From an uncultured Spirochaetota bacterium (lineage in GTDB: Bacteria > Spirochaetota > Spirochaetia > SZUA-6 > Fen-1364), in the NCBI GenBank assembly GCA_963845535.1, contig CAWJSK010000012.1, positions 832,001 through 896,000 of the forward strand: 64,000 nt of DNA, written 5' to 3'. Below, piece by piece: positions 39,302 to 47,581 of this stretch. Within the stretch, counting starts at the first letter, position 1. Every line of letters begins with the position of its first letter. The notes under the pieces were generated by a model. The model searched no databases. It was not told the DNA's origin and was given only the letters and a program-made list of their open reading frames with translations. Both the position numbers and the translations under genes were made by a program.

Positions 39302-39676
39302 ATGGCGAAGGCGAAAGCGAAAAAGAAGGCCAAAAAGCCCGCGCCGAAAAAGAAACCAGCAAAAGCAAAGAAAGCGCCGAAGCTCACGGCACAACCGGTG
39401 CAGGGCCCTCGGGGAGAACGGGGACCTGCCGGAACTCCCGGCGAACGCGGTCCTCGTGGGGAACAAGGTCCGCAGGGACCCCAAGGCCTGCAAGGATCCC
39501 GCGGTGAGCCCGGAGCCCGGGGAGAGCCGGGGCCGCGCGGCGAGCCGGGCATCGGCGTCCGCTACGAAGGCGGCAGCAGCCCCTCGGCTGGCTACCTCGT
39601 GGTGGGCGCGGACGGCTCCCTCAAGTTCGTAAGACAGGGAACGACCTTCATCGTCCAGCTCGTTCCCACCTCGTGA
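39302..39676 (+). CDS. Lysine-rich, collagen-repeat small protein
   Basis: GAGGAGG SD; K/A/P-rich N-terminus, 16-17 uninterrupted Gly-X-Y triplets (39404-39556), short beta-rich C-terminus. Confidence 0.8.
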   Translation: MAKAKAKKKAKKPAPKKKPAKAKKAPKLTAQPVQGPRGERGPAGTPGERGPRGEQGPQGPQGLQGSRGEPGARGEPGPRGEPGIGVRYEGGSSPSAGYLVVGADGSLKFVRQGTTFIVQLVPTS

Positions 39677-39770
39677 TGATCTGAGTCCAAGAATTAACAC
39701 GAAGCTCATCAGGAGCTAACATTCTCCACCGAATGTTTTGATCGAAAGCTCCCTCAAGCTTTTCGCGTGC

Positions 39771-39800
39771 GGGCTCGCCCCCAGGGCGGGCCCTTGTTGT
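39771..39800 (+). terminator. Intrinsic terminator-like hairpin
   Basis: GGGCTCGCCC-CCA-GGGCGGGCCC followed by TTGTTGT, between convergent genes. Confidence 0.55.
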
Positions 39801-39837
39801 CACATCTGTCGGGAACCGCTCCGTGCGGGAGCGACAC

Positions 39838-40047
39838 TCATGTGCAGCACGCGGCCTTTTCCCGTGTGATGAGGATGGCGTCGCAACGATCACACCACAG
39901 CTCCTCCACGGCGCCTTCCAGCTCCTCCACGGCGAGGGTCTCCTCCGGGTTGCTGTCGGCTCGCTCCGCCTCCGTCGCGCATTGGGCGCATACGATATCG
40001 CTTTCGAGGTAAAAGGCGATCGCCTCGCCATCACGCGTAATCGTCAT
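39838..40047 (-). CDS. Small acidic Cys-rich protein (CxxC...CxxC, C-terminal CC)
   Basis: AGGAGG SD; VCAQC...WCDRC...ACCT in 69 aa. Confidence 0.7.
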   Translation of the reverse strand: MTITRDGEAIAFYLESDIVCAQCATEAERADSNPEETLAVEELEGAVEELWCDRCDAILITREKAACCT

Positions 40048-40083
40048 GGGTGCCTCCTGCTGCTCGTACTTTGCCTGCGCGAG

Positions 40084-40196
40084 GTTAGTTTTCTCTTTGG
40101 TTTTGTTTAAGTTGCGGTTAATTCCGAAGTGACGTGCCGCGAAGACTTTGTTTGAAAATTCACCGTTTTTTAACAATTTGGTAACGGCGAGCTAAC
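40084..40196. promoter_or_regulatory. Divergent PHO-box-like arrays
   Basis: Toward the porin: TTCAC/TTAAC/GTAAC/CTAAC at 40159, 40170, 40181, 40192. Toward the Cys-rich gene (plus-strand text): GTTAG/CTTTG/TTTAA/GTTAA at 40084, 40095, 40106, 40117. Confidence 0.7.
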
Positions 40197-40245
40197 CAAA
40201 ATCCTTTTGTGTCTGATGCACAATACTTTGGTGAAAGGAGTTCAG

Positions 40246-41436
40246 ATGAAAACTCTTAGAGTCTTGATCACTGTACTTGTTCTCCTGGCGGCGGTCGGCT
40301 TCGTTGCCGGCGCTCAGACCGCCGCTCCGGCGATTGGCCAGCCCGGATCCGTGCTTGAACCTTATGGATTGGTGGATGTTGCTATCCGCGCCTCAACCAA
40401 CGCCGACGGGAACGGGAACACCTACTTCGGTTTCTCGCAAGGCCTCTTCAACGGCAGCCGGTGGGGTTTCCGTGGCACTGAGGATATTGGCGGAAGCGTG
40501 AAGGCCATCTATACCCTGGAAGGTGGAGTGATTGTTCCGGTGGGCCAGCTCGACCAGCAGGGCCAGGTTTTCGGCCGCCAGGCCTGGGTCGGCTTGAAGA
40601 CAGACTACGGCACGCTGACATTCGGCCGGCAGTATGGAACCTTCAGTGACGCCATTGGCGCCGGTGACGTGTTCGGCACAGGTCACGGCAACTTGGGTTA
40701 CTGGAGCGGTGGCGTCCCTGGAGGCAGCAATTACTCTTCGAACGACGCCGTGAACTTTTTCTTCGCACAGCAGATGGGCTTCCGATGGGACGACTCCGTC
40801 AAGTATGATGCCAGCTTCAGCGGCGTTGGCGTCGGTGTCATGGCGGCAGCGGAAAACGCCCCTGGTGTTGGCACCACGAATGGCTTCATCGACAAGAACG
40901 CCATGATCTCGGGCAAGCTGGGCTACAACAGCAAGGACTTCCCGATTTCAGGCGCGGTTGGAGTCCAGTACGAAGCAGACGCTTCATACAATCATCACTT
41001 CGCCGCCGGCGGCGGACTCAAGTACGCCCTGGATGCGACTGACGGCATCTATCTGTTCTACATTCACTCGCAGTTTGACGCAAACTTTGCCAGAATCAGC
41101 CCCAACAACAGCGAAATGTCCTCTGGTTTGGCACATGGCCGGCTTGATGATATCGTCAACCTTGGCGCCAACTACTACGTGCTGCCGTCGTTGAACCTGC
41201 TCGTTTCACTGTATTTCGACTACGGACAAAACGTGCTCGTCAGCGCCGACAATGGCCAGCGGTACAGCGGCCTCCTCGCCGCGGACTACTACTTCAGCAA
41301 GGATTTTGATGCCTACATCGGGGCATGGTATACTCAGTTCATCAACGCCTTTGAGCAGAGCTCAAACGGAGGCAACGAGTTCGCGAACTACAGTTCGGTT
41401 TTCGCCGCCATCATGGGCGCGCGTTTCCGCTTTTAG
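40246..41436 (+). CDS. Gram-negative trimeric porin (beta-proteobacterial OmpC/Omp32-like)
   Basis: Signal peptide; YGLVD, SRWGFRGTEDIGG..KA...LE.G, FGRQAWVGL, LTFGRQY; C-terminal RFRF. Confidence 0.9.
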   Translation: MKTLRVLITVLVLLAAVGFVAGAQTAAPAIGQPGSVLEPYGLVDVAIRASTNADGNGNTYFGFSQGLFNGSRWGFRGTEDIGGSVKAIYTLEGGVIVPVGQLDQQGQVFGRQAWVGLKTDYGTLTFGRQYGTFSDAIGAGDVFGTGHGNLGYWSGGVPGGSNYSSNDAVNFFFAQQMGFRWDDSVKYDASFSGVGVGVMAAAENAPGVGTTNGFIDKNAMISGKLGYNSKDFPISGAVGVQYEADASYNHHFAAGGGLKYALDATDGIYLFYIHSQFDANFARISPNNSEMSSGLAHGRLDDIVNLGANYYVLPSLNLLVSLYFDYGQNVLVSADNGQRYSGLLAADYYFSKDFDAYIGAWYTQFINAFEQSSNGGNEFANYSSVFAAIMGARFRF

Positions 41437-41459
41437 CCTTGTCGGGTCTTGAACAGAAA

Positions 41460-41486
41460 AAAGGGCTGCCCAGACGGCAGCCCTTT
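41460..41486. terminator. Bidirectional intrinsic terminator
   Basis: AAAGGGCTGCC-CAGAC-GGCAGCCCTTT flanked by A/T tracts, between convergent genes. Confidence 0.85.
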
Positions 41487-41508
41487 CTATTTCCCGGGTG
41501 AGCAACGC

Positions 41509-41823
41509 CTAACACGCCGTCAGCGGTTCTGTCCCGCCGCCGCGTGTTCCGCCGACGGACCGTCCCTTTGCCAGATATCCAGTCCCTTTGCACACGTCGC
41601 ATTCACTCCACTGGGAATGGTCCCAGTTCCACAGCGCGCCAAGGGTCTGACACGTGGGACATGCGCGCAGCTCGCGTTTCCCCGAGTTGACCCTCTGATC
41701 GAAACAGCGCATGTGGTAGATACGCCCGCCATCCACGCGAGCTACGTCGTGCAGGATCTCCTCACCGCACAGCTCGCATGCGTAGCGGGGTTTCCCCGGC
41801 GCAAGAACGGTTCTTCGCGACAT
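41509..41823 (-). CDS. Small double zinc-finger-like protein
   Basis: GAGGAGG SD; CELC...HMRC...CPTC...CDVCKGTG (last unit resembles the DnaJ CxxCxGxG repeat). Confidence 0.72.
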   Translation of the reverse strand: MSRRTVLAPGKPRYACELCGEEILHDVARVDGGRIYHMRCFDQRVNSGKRELRACPTCQTLGALWNWDHSQWSECDVCKGTGYLAKGRSVGGTRGGGTEPLTAC

Positions 41824-41843
41824 GGCTCACCCTCCTCAGTAAA

Positions 41844-41875
41844 AGTATATACGCGCCGTGTAAGGTTTCGGTTAA
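41844..41875 (-). promoter_or_regulatory. PHO-box-like pair plus -10 element
   Basis: Minus strand TTAAC-N6-CTTAC (plus positions 41871, 41860) followed by TATACT (41844-41849). Confidence 0.55.
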
Positions 41876-41966
41876 TGCGCATTCGACGAAATTTCGCACT
41901 TCCTTTATGGCAACCAGGAGAAGTTGATGTCCGCCGTGGGGTGTTTGCCGCGGCCTCCGCGCTAGA

Positions 41967-42010
41967 TACCGCCCCAGCGCAGAGTACCGCCCCCGCGCAG
42001 ACTACTGCGC
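41967..42010. repeat. Intergenic 18-bp tandem repeat (about 2.4 copies)
   Basis: TACCGCCCCAGCGCAGAG / TACCGCCCCCGCGCAGAC / TACTGCGC. Confidence 0.6.
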
Positions 42011-42315
42011 TATGGGTGCTCTACCGGAAAGGCCGAGTCCCGGGACGCAGGCAGGCCCGGCGTCGGCGTCGAAGAGGCATCCTTCCCGCTGATGACCCTG
42101 TACCCGTCCCCAACTCGCTCGATATAGCCCTTCATGCGCAGCTCGCCAAGGATCAGGTAGAACCGGTCGCTGAAATCGACCGTGCAGTTTTGAATGAAAA
42201 CACAGAGGTGATGAGACTCGATGACCCTGTCCGTCCCGAACCGCTGCAACTCTTCCAAAAGGATCCTCGCGGACCTGCTCAATCTGGGGAACGCGGCTGT
42301 TCCTATGACGTCCAT
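42010..42315 (-). CDS. Hypothetical protein, possible winged helix
   Basis: GGAGAG SD; L.ELRMKGYIERVGDGY wing-like C-terminus. Confidence 0.55.
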   Translation of the reverse strand: MDVIGTAAFPRLSRSARILLEELQRFGTDRVIESHHLCVFIQNCTVDFSDRFYLILGELRMKGYIERVGDGYRVISGKDASSTPTPGLPASRDSAFPVEHP

Positions 42316-42378
42316 GGCTTCACTCTCCAGTCTTAACAATTTACCAGGCATCTGCGAACATCACACCCCATGCGCGCC

Positions 42379-42756
42379 TCACGCGGTGCGCGGGCTTTCC
42401 GCCCTGGGCGTTTTCGCTTTTCCGCCCAGGGAATCAAGCGCCTCGATCTCGGTCCGTTCCAGCGGAAGGAACCCGATCAGTCGCGTCAGCTCCATCACCT
42501 TCATGACGGCCGGCGGGACACTCACGATGCGGAAGGCGAGAGCGTTCTTCGTGAGCATCGCGTTGATGGACAAGAGCGCGCCGACGCCGCTGGAGTCGAT
42601 GTATTTCACCCGCTTGAGGTTGAAAACGAACGAACAGACCTTCTTTTCCATGACAGCGTGCACTGCGTCCTCGAGGCGAAAGGCATTGTACAGATCGATC
42701 TCCCCGGCGACGTCGATGATGCAGCTCTCATTGAAAAACCTGATGCTGAGGTCCAT
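42379..42756 (-). CDS. STAS domain anti-sigma factor antagonist
   Basis: GEIDLYNA, YIDSSGVG phospho-Ser motif, V.KVMELTRL. Confidence 0.9.
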   Translation of the reverse strand: MDLSIRFFNESCIIDVAGEIDLYNAFRLEDAVHAVMEKKVCSFVFNLKRVKYIDSSGVGALLSINAMLTKNALAFRIVSVPPAVMKVMELTRLIGFLPLERTEIEALDSLGGKAKTPRAESPRTA

Positions 42757-42874
42757 AGGTTCGCCCTCCCTGGTGGCGAACTTTGCGTTGGCCGTGTTAA
42801 GGCATGATGAAATATCCTGGTTTTTTGTGTGAACAAAGCGCGCGAGTCCTGGCGTTACATCAGTCCGGCGTACG

Positions 42875-43993
42875 TCATGCAAGCAATCGTATCCGGGAGA
42901 ACACGTACTCCAGATGGTCCGTCTTGAGGACGGTGCGGAAATACTCCGTATCATCGAGCCGACGAACGTCGCTTCCTTCGGTCGGGAAGTCCCCGACCCG
43001 CCTCGCGGGACGCCCGTTGCCGTTTGACAGGTACCTGTCGCTCCTGCGCCTGTCGAACCAGTGCACAAGGCTGATCTGGCCCTCGGCGATCTCGATGGCA
43101 GTCACTCCCCTCTTGCCGATGGCGCAGCCGGAATTGAACAGGCAGGGGACGGAGATCTGTTCGTTATACAGCCCGCTTCGCATTCCGTCCCGGCGATCCT
43201 TTTCCCACAGGTGCGTCAATTCCCCCTTGTAGCCTTCCACGACTTTTTCGATGGCCTGGCGCGCTCGCGGGGAGACCACCGGGTAGTCGCGGCAGAGCTG
43301 TTCGATCCTGAACTTCAGCGTGTCGATCTTGGACAAGGATTCGAAAAGCGGACGGTGCGTGTGCCCGATGATGGAGACGATCTTGCGGGCGCTGGAGAAC
43401 GCATACACCCTGTGCTCCGTCCTGTACCGCTTGCTGCTTTCGTAGTGCACGGGAATGTTCCTGATGTTGAGCCTGTTCGCGAAATGGCGAAGAAAGAAGC
43501 CTGATACGTCGTTGAATCGTTCGAAGAAGATCGTTGCCTGGTGGCCGTGGAAGAGGAAAATGGTGTCTGAGCCGAACGACAGCCGCAGCGAAGCGAAGAG
43601 GGGGTGACCGAGGGACGGCGCGTCGAAATGCCAGAGAGCTTCGTCGTGGTTGCCGACGATCCTGTAGATCTCCGTGCGGCGGGCGAACTGCCGAAACAGC
43701 TCGTAGAGGATCTCCCAGCGCCGCTGGATCGCGTCAAACGGGAAACGCTGCAGCTCCTCGATGTCGCCGTTCAGGACAAGGGAGAAGTTGTTTGTGAGGT
43801 AATAGCGGCGAAGGACCTGCTCAAGCAGATCGCCGTTGGAGAGGAAGTCATCACGGCTGCCTCCGTCCCCCAGGTGCAGGTCGCTCACAACGACGAGCTT
43901 GTCGGACCGGGACAGCTCACGCACGGGAGAGGAATCGTAGAGTCTCTGGAGCGTGGCCTCGATGGTGGAAGCGGCCACTTCGAGGGCCGGCAT
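42875..43993 (-). CDS. Calcineurin-like metallophosphoesterase
   Basis: SDLHLG, LNGD, GNHD, FHGH, GHTH, NSG motifs. Confidence 0.88.
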   Translation of the reverse strand: MPALEVAASTIEATLQRLYDSSPVRELSRSDKLVVVSDLHLGDGGSRDDFLSNGDLLEQVLRRYYLTNNFSLVLNGDIEELQRFPFDAIQRRWEILYELFRQFARRTEIYRIVGNHDEALWHFDAPSLGHPLFASLRLSFGSDTIFLFHGHQATIFFERFNDVSGFFLRHFANRLNIRNIPVHYESSKRYRTEHRVYAFSSARKIVSIIGHTHRPLFESLSKIDTLKFRIEQLCRDYPVVSPRARQAIEKVVEGYKGELTHLWEKDRRDGMRSGLYNEQISVPCLFNSGCAIGKRGVTAIEIAEGQISLVHWFDRRRSDRYLSNGNGRPARRVGDFPTEGSDVRRLDDTEYFRTVLKTDHLEYVFSRIRLLA

Positions 43994-44742
43994 CAGGCGC
44001 GCTCCCCGAGCTTCGTTTTCAGCTCGCTCCACAGCGCGCCGTAGGACTTTCCGGCCGCCGAATGCGGGCGGAAGTACGCCACGGGCCTTCTGGTCACCCC
44101 CATCCTTTCAATGTCAGACATTGCGGGGATGATGGACAAGCACGCACCGGGCTCCCGGGCGGAAAACACCTCCATGGTTTCCCGGTGGATCCGCTTGCGC
44201 TTTTCGACCATGGAGAAAAACGTTACCAGACGCGAACGGTCCAGATGGGTGCGGCCGAAGAAAACGGATATCTCCTCGAAGGACCGAATGGACAACGGCG
44301 TGGGGATGAGCGGCACGAGGATCAGGTCCGCGGCCCGAAAGATGTTCTCCGCGAGGAGTGAAACCCCGGGAGGGCAATCGAGGAAAACCCATCGATACGT
44401 CTTCGAAAGAGGGCGAAGGATGCGCTTGATCGCTGACCTCGCTTTTCGCTCATCGGCCAGCCGCAGGTCGAGATTGCGGTAGGCGAAACGGGATGGAAGC
44501 ACATCGAGCCCGGGAAACGGAGACTCCTGTGCAATCTCCGCCAGGCTGATCTTTCCCTTCACGAGGTCCTTGTTCTTTCCCGTCCCATCCGTCCTGCCGA
44601 GATAGAAGCCGGCGGCACCCTGGGGGTCGAGGTCCCAGAGCAAGGCCCGTTCGCCGTCACGCGCGGCAAGGCACGCCAGGTTGACCGCCGTGGTCGTCTT
44701 CCCGACCCCTCCCTTGAGATGATACACGGCGACGGTGGTCAT
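43993..44742 (-). CDS. ParA/MinD family ATPase
   Basis: KGGVGKTT deviant Walker A, DLDPQG, LDCPP; start overlaps the CHAD gene stop. Confidence 0.92.
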   Translation of the reverse strand: MTTVAVYHLKGGVGKTTTAVNLACLAARDGERALLWDLDPQGAAGFYLGRTDGTGKNKDLVKGKISLAEIAQESPFPGLDVLPSRFAYRNLDLRLADERKARSAIKRILRPLSKTYRWVFLDCPPGVSLLAENIFRAADLILVPLIPTPLSIRSFEEISVFFGRTHLDRSRLVTFFSMVEKRKRIHRETMEVFSAREPGACLSIIPAMSDIERMGVTRRPVAYFRPHSAAGKSYGALWSELKTKLGERA

Positions 44743-47105
44743 GAGCGGACCCGGGAAGCTCGGCCGGTCCAGAGGTCGAACAGCCCCTGGACGGATCCCC
44801 AGAGAGTTCGAAAGCGCTCCCGCTGAGCCCGCATGATGTCCCGCTGAACCTGGACCAGAGCCCCGAGCGCCAGGAGCCAGGCGGGCTCCGCGCGCAAGCC
44901 AGGCTCTTCGGCCAGCTTTGTAAGGACATCGACGGCCACCCGAGCGTCTTGATGCAACCCCAGGCAGTCCTGGTAGGCAACGCACTCCTTCGCAAGCATT
45001 GCGGCCTCCTCTCCGAGGACGAGGCGAAAGAACTCCGCGGTGTATCGAAGACGCTTGAACAGGATCCGAAGCCGATGCATCTCGTCGGCAGACAGCTCCT
45101 CGGGGTTGCGTCGCGCCCATGGCGCGATCCGGGACAACGCCTTTGCAATGCGGCGTCGGCCGAGCTCGTTTGCGGGGCCGGATGCCGCCGCTCGCTGTGC
45201 GACGCCCTCCGCCGCTTCCCGTGTCGTTTCCTGTGTCGCTCCCGGCGCGGCTGCCTGCGTTGCTTCCGACATCCGATCGAGCAACGCCGCGTAGCGCTCC
45301 GAGCGGAGCGCCGGCACCAGGAGGCACCGAGCCTCCGCGGCACGGCTTTCCATCACGCCGGTCAGGGCGGCCTTGAAGGCCGGATCCGCATCCACCAGCG
45401 CGAGCTGGGATTCCAGCCGGGCACGCAGGACGTCGAGGTCTCTCACCCGCCCCAGAAGCTCGGCAATCCAGGAAAGCTCGCGCTTGATTGCGTCACGCGT
45501 TTCGATTCCGAGAATGGCGCCGAACAACCTGCAGGCGAATCTGGCCCGGCGCGTGGCGACACGAAGGTCGTGGACAAACTCCGCATCCAGGTCCCGCAGC
45601 GCGCCGGGCGTGTTTGCCTTCATCCGCCATGCCTCCCCGCTGAGGATCTTGCGGCACACCGCGACTGCATCGTCACCCTTGGCGGGAAGAAAGTCCGCGG
45701 GAAGCGGCGCGCCGGGAAGAGGGACGCCGAACCTGAGCAGAGCAGCCCGCAATTCGGACCCCCCCAGGTCCCGCACGCTGAGCGTATTCCTGAGCAATCC
45801 CACCAGGTAGTCCAGCTCGAACGGGGAAGAGCCGCGCCGGTCGAGGACCATCGTGAGGGCTGTCTGGGACGCCGCCTCATGAAGCGGTGAACGAAGCTGC
45901 CAGGCGCGCAGGGCCAATCCCAGGTTTGATGCGGAGATGCTGGCAAGAGTCAGGACCGTCTCCCGGAGGGCGGCCTCGAGGCAGGGTACGCCGGGAAAGG
46001 AACGCGTAATCGCTTGCACGGCGCGCGCGACGGGCCCGGTCCTCGGAGGCATATCGGCAGAACCTTTCTGGGCATGCTCCTGTCTCCCTCCACGGAGAAG
46101 ATGCCACCGCAGGTCCCGCGGCGTGCAGTAAAGCTCGCAGCCCTGTTTGAACAGGCTGCCTCCCTGCGTGTCGAAATACAAGCGCGTCTCTTCCTTGCGC
46201 GAACGCACGCGAAACCGGTACCCCAGCCGCGAAAGGCCTGCCTGCACTGTCTCCTCGGTCGTTCCCGGAGGACTCTCCAGAAAGACAACCTGATTCTCAG
46301 CAGGGGCGGCGGCGACGTTAGGGGCCGCGGGGCGCGGCGGCCGCCGCGCGGTCGGCGCAGGCTCTGGCAGCGCCGGTACAGGCTCCGGCCGCGCCGGCTT
46401 TTGCGGCGCCGGCGCAGGCGGCGCGGGGTCCGGCGGTTCCGTCTCTTGCGGCACCGGCGCGGCCGACCCCTCACGGGTGTCGAGCAGCAGGAGCCCCTCC
46501 TCGAACTTCGAGCGCGCGGAGGGCACGAGCGACAACTCCCGCCCCAGGGCCTCGAGAACGGAGAAAAGCTCTTCACGTGTCCCGGCCGGTCTCAGCTCGA
46601 TCTCCAACTCCATGTATTCGCGTTCCCGACCGCCCGCCGCCAACTTCACCCGGTCGAGGCTCATCTCCGCCAGGACTCGATCTGCCCGAACGAGGTTTCT
46701 GACGAACCGAAGCTGGTGCACCTCGAACAGGACGACAAGCGGCTCGAGGCCGACCAAAGCGAGCACAGTCTTGCGCAGATCGCTTTCAGGCCAATCCCCC
46801 GGCTGCGCGGGGAGCTCCAGGTCGACTTCCAGCTCCTCCCGTTCATGAAGCCCGTCCACGGAAAGTGAGCCCGAAGCCGGCGCAACCTGCTTCGCGGTTG
46901 CCGAGAGCCGACCTCCTTTGCTTCTCAGGCGAAGGGCCCACCCGGCCGCCAGGAGCGCGCGGCTTGCGGTGTCCTGGTACACGTCCGTGACCGCGGCCTC
47001 TCCTTCTTCGGTCAGCGCGAACCCGGCCAGCTCGCGCAACGCTTTCACGTGGTTGTATGAAACGAGATCAAAGACGACAAACTTCGCTTCGGTCTCCCGG
47101 CTCAT
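44739..47105 (-). CDS. CYTH + degenerate CYTH + CHAD domain protein (polyphosphate-binding/triphosphatase)
   Basis: ETEAK (ExExK), DVYQDT, ELEIEL; Pro-rich linker; YFDT; CHAD motifs VHDLRVATRR, RDLDV, HRLRI..KRLRY..E, QD.LG..QD. Confidence 0.88.
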   Translation of the reverse strand: MSRETEAKFVVFDLVSYNHVKALRELAGFALTEEGEAAVTDVYQDTASRALLAAGWALRLRSKGGRLSATAKQVAPASGSLSVDGLHEREELEVDLELPAQPGDWPESDLRKTVLALVGLEPLVVLFEVHQLRFVRNLVRADRVLAEMSLDRVKLAAGGREREYMELEIELRPAGTREELFSVLEALGRELSLVPSARSKFEEGLLLLDTREGSAAPVPQETEPPDPAPPAPAPQKPARPEPVPALPEPAPTARRPPRPAAPNVAAAPAENQVVFLESPPGTTEETVQAGLSRLGYRFRVRSRKEETRLYFDTQGGSLFKQGCELYCTPRDLRWHLLRGGRQEHAQKGSADMPPRTGPVARAVQAITRSFPGVPCLEAALRETVLTLASISASNLGLALRAWQLRSPLHEAASQTALTMVLDRRGSSPFELDYLVGLLRNTLSVRDLGGSELRAALLRFGVPLPGAPLPADFLPAKGDDAVAVCRKILSGEAWRMKANTPGALRDLDAEFVHDLRVATRRARFACRLFGAILGIETRDAIKRELSWIAELLGRVRDLDVLRARLESQLALVDADPAFKAALTGVMESRAAEARCLLVPALRSERYAALLDRMSEATQAAAPGATQETTREAAEGVAQRAAASGPANELGRRRIAKALSRIAPWARRNPEELSADEMHRLRILFKRLRYTAEFFRLVLGEEAAMLAKECVAYQDCLGLHQDARVAVDVLTKLAEEPGLRAEPAWLLALGALVQVQRDIMRAQRERFRTLWGSVQGLFDLWTGRASRVRS

Positions 47106-47581
47106 GGGGCGAGCACGCGGGGGGGAAGAAGCCACAGGAGAGATCCCCGGGGGCGCAACGGGTCGGTGATGTCCAACCGGGCCAGGCCGCCCTTCTTGCA
47201 TTCGACCCGCCCTCCGCCAATGCAGGCGGCTATGGTCTCGCTGAAATCCGGCTCGTGTCCTACGAGCATGAGCGCCCCGACCTCGGCGTGATCGGAGAGT
47301 ATTTCGCGAAGCGCAGGGAGGTCGAACCCCGGGGAAAGGCGCTTGTCGGTCAGGAGAGAATCTCGAAGACCGAGTGCGGCGGCTACGATCTCAGCCGTCT
47401 TTACGGCTCGGACAAGCGGGCTGGAAAGAATCAGTGAAATGCCCAGGGAAAGCCCTGCTAAGGTCTTGGCCTCTCGGGCCATCCGCGCCACGCCCTCGTC
47501 GCTCAAAGCCCGCGCGTTGTCATCGCCTTTCCACTCCTCTTTGCCAAGCGCATCTCCGTGGCGAAGAAAGTAAAGGTCCAT
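47102..47581 (-). CDS. sixA: Phosphohistidine phosphatase SixA
   Basis: LRHG, RALS..G, SSPLVRA, VGHEP, KKGG. Confidence 0.88.
   Translation of the reverse strand: MDLYFLRHGDALGKEEWKGDDNARALSDEGVARMAREAKTLAGLSLGISLILSSPLVRAVKTAEIVAAALGLRDSLLTDKRLSPGFDLPALREILSDHAEVGALMLVGHEPDFSETIAACIGGGRVECKKGGLARLDITDPLRPRGSLLWLLPPRVLAP

Noticed and set aside
41967..42010. Short repeats here and at 7621 and 61896 as CRISPR remnants
   Set aside because: Tandem with no spacers, too short, and no cas genes
39302..42315. Cluster of small unknown genes and a collagen protein as a prophage remnant
   Set aside because: No integrase, terminase, capsid or att-like repeats; the genes carry host-type promoters and PHO-like arrays
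44743..45327. Apparent N-terminal extension of ParA (444-aa ORF)
   Set aside because: It overlaps the CHAD gene in another frame; ParA starts at 44742 with an ATGA overlap
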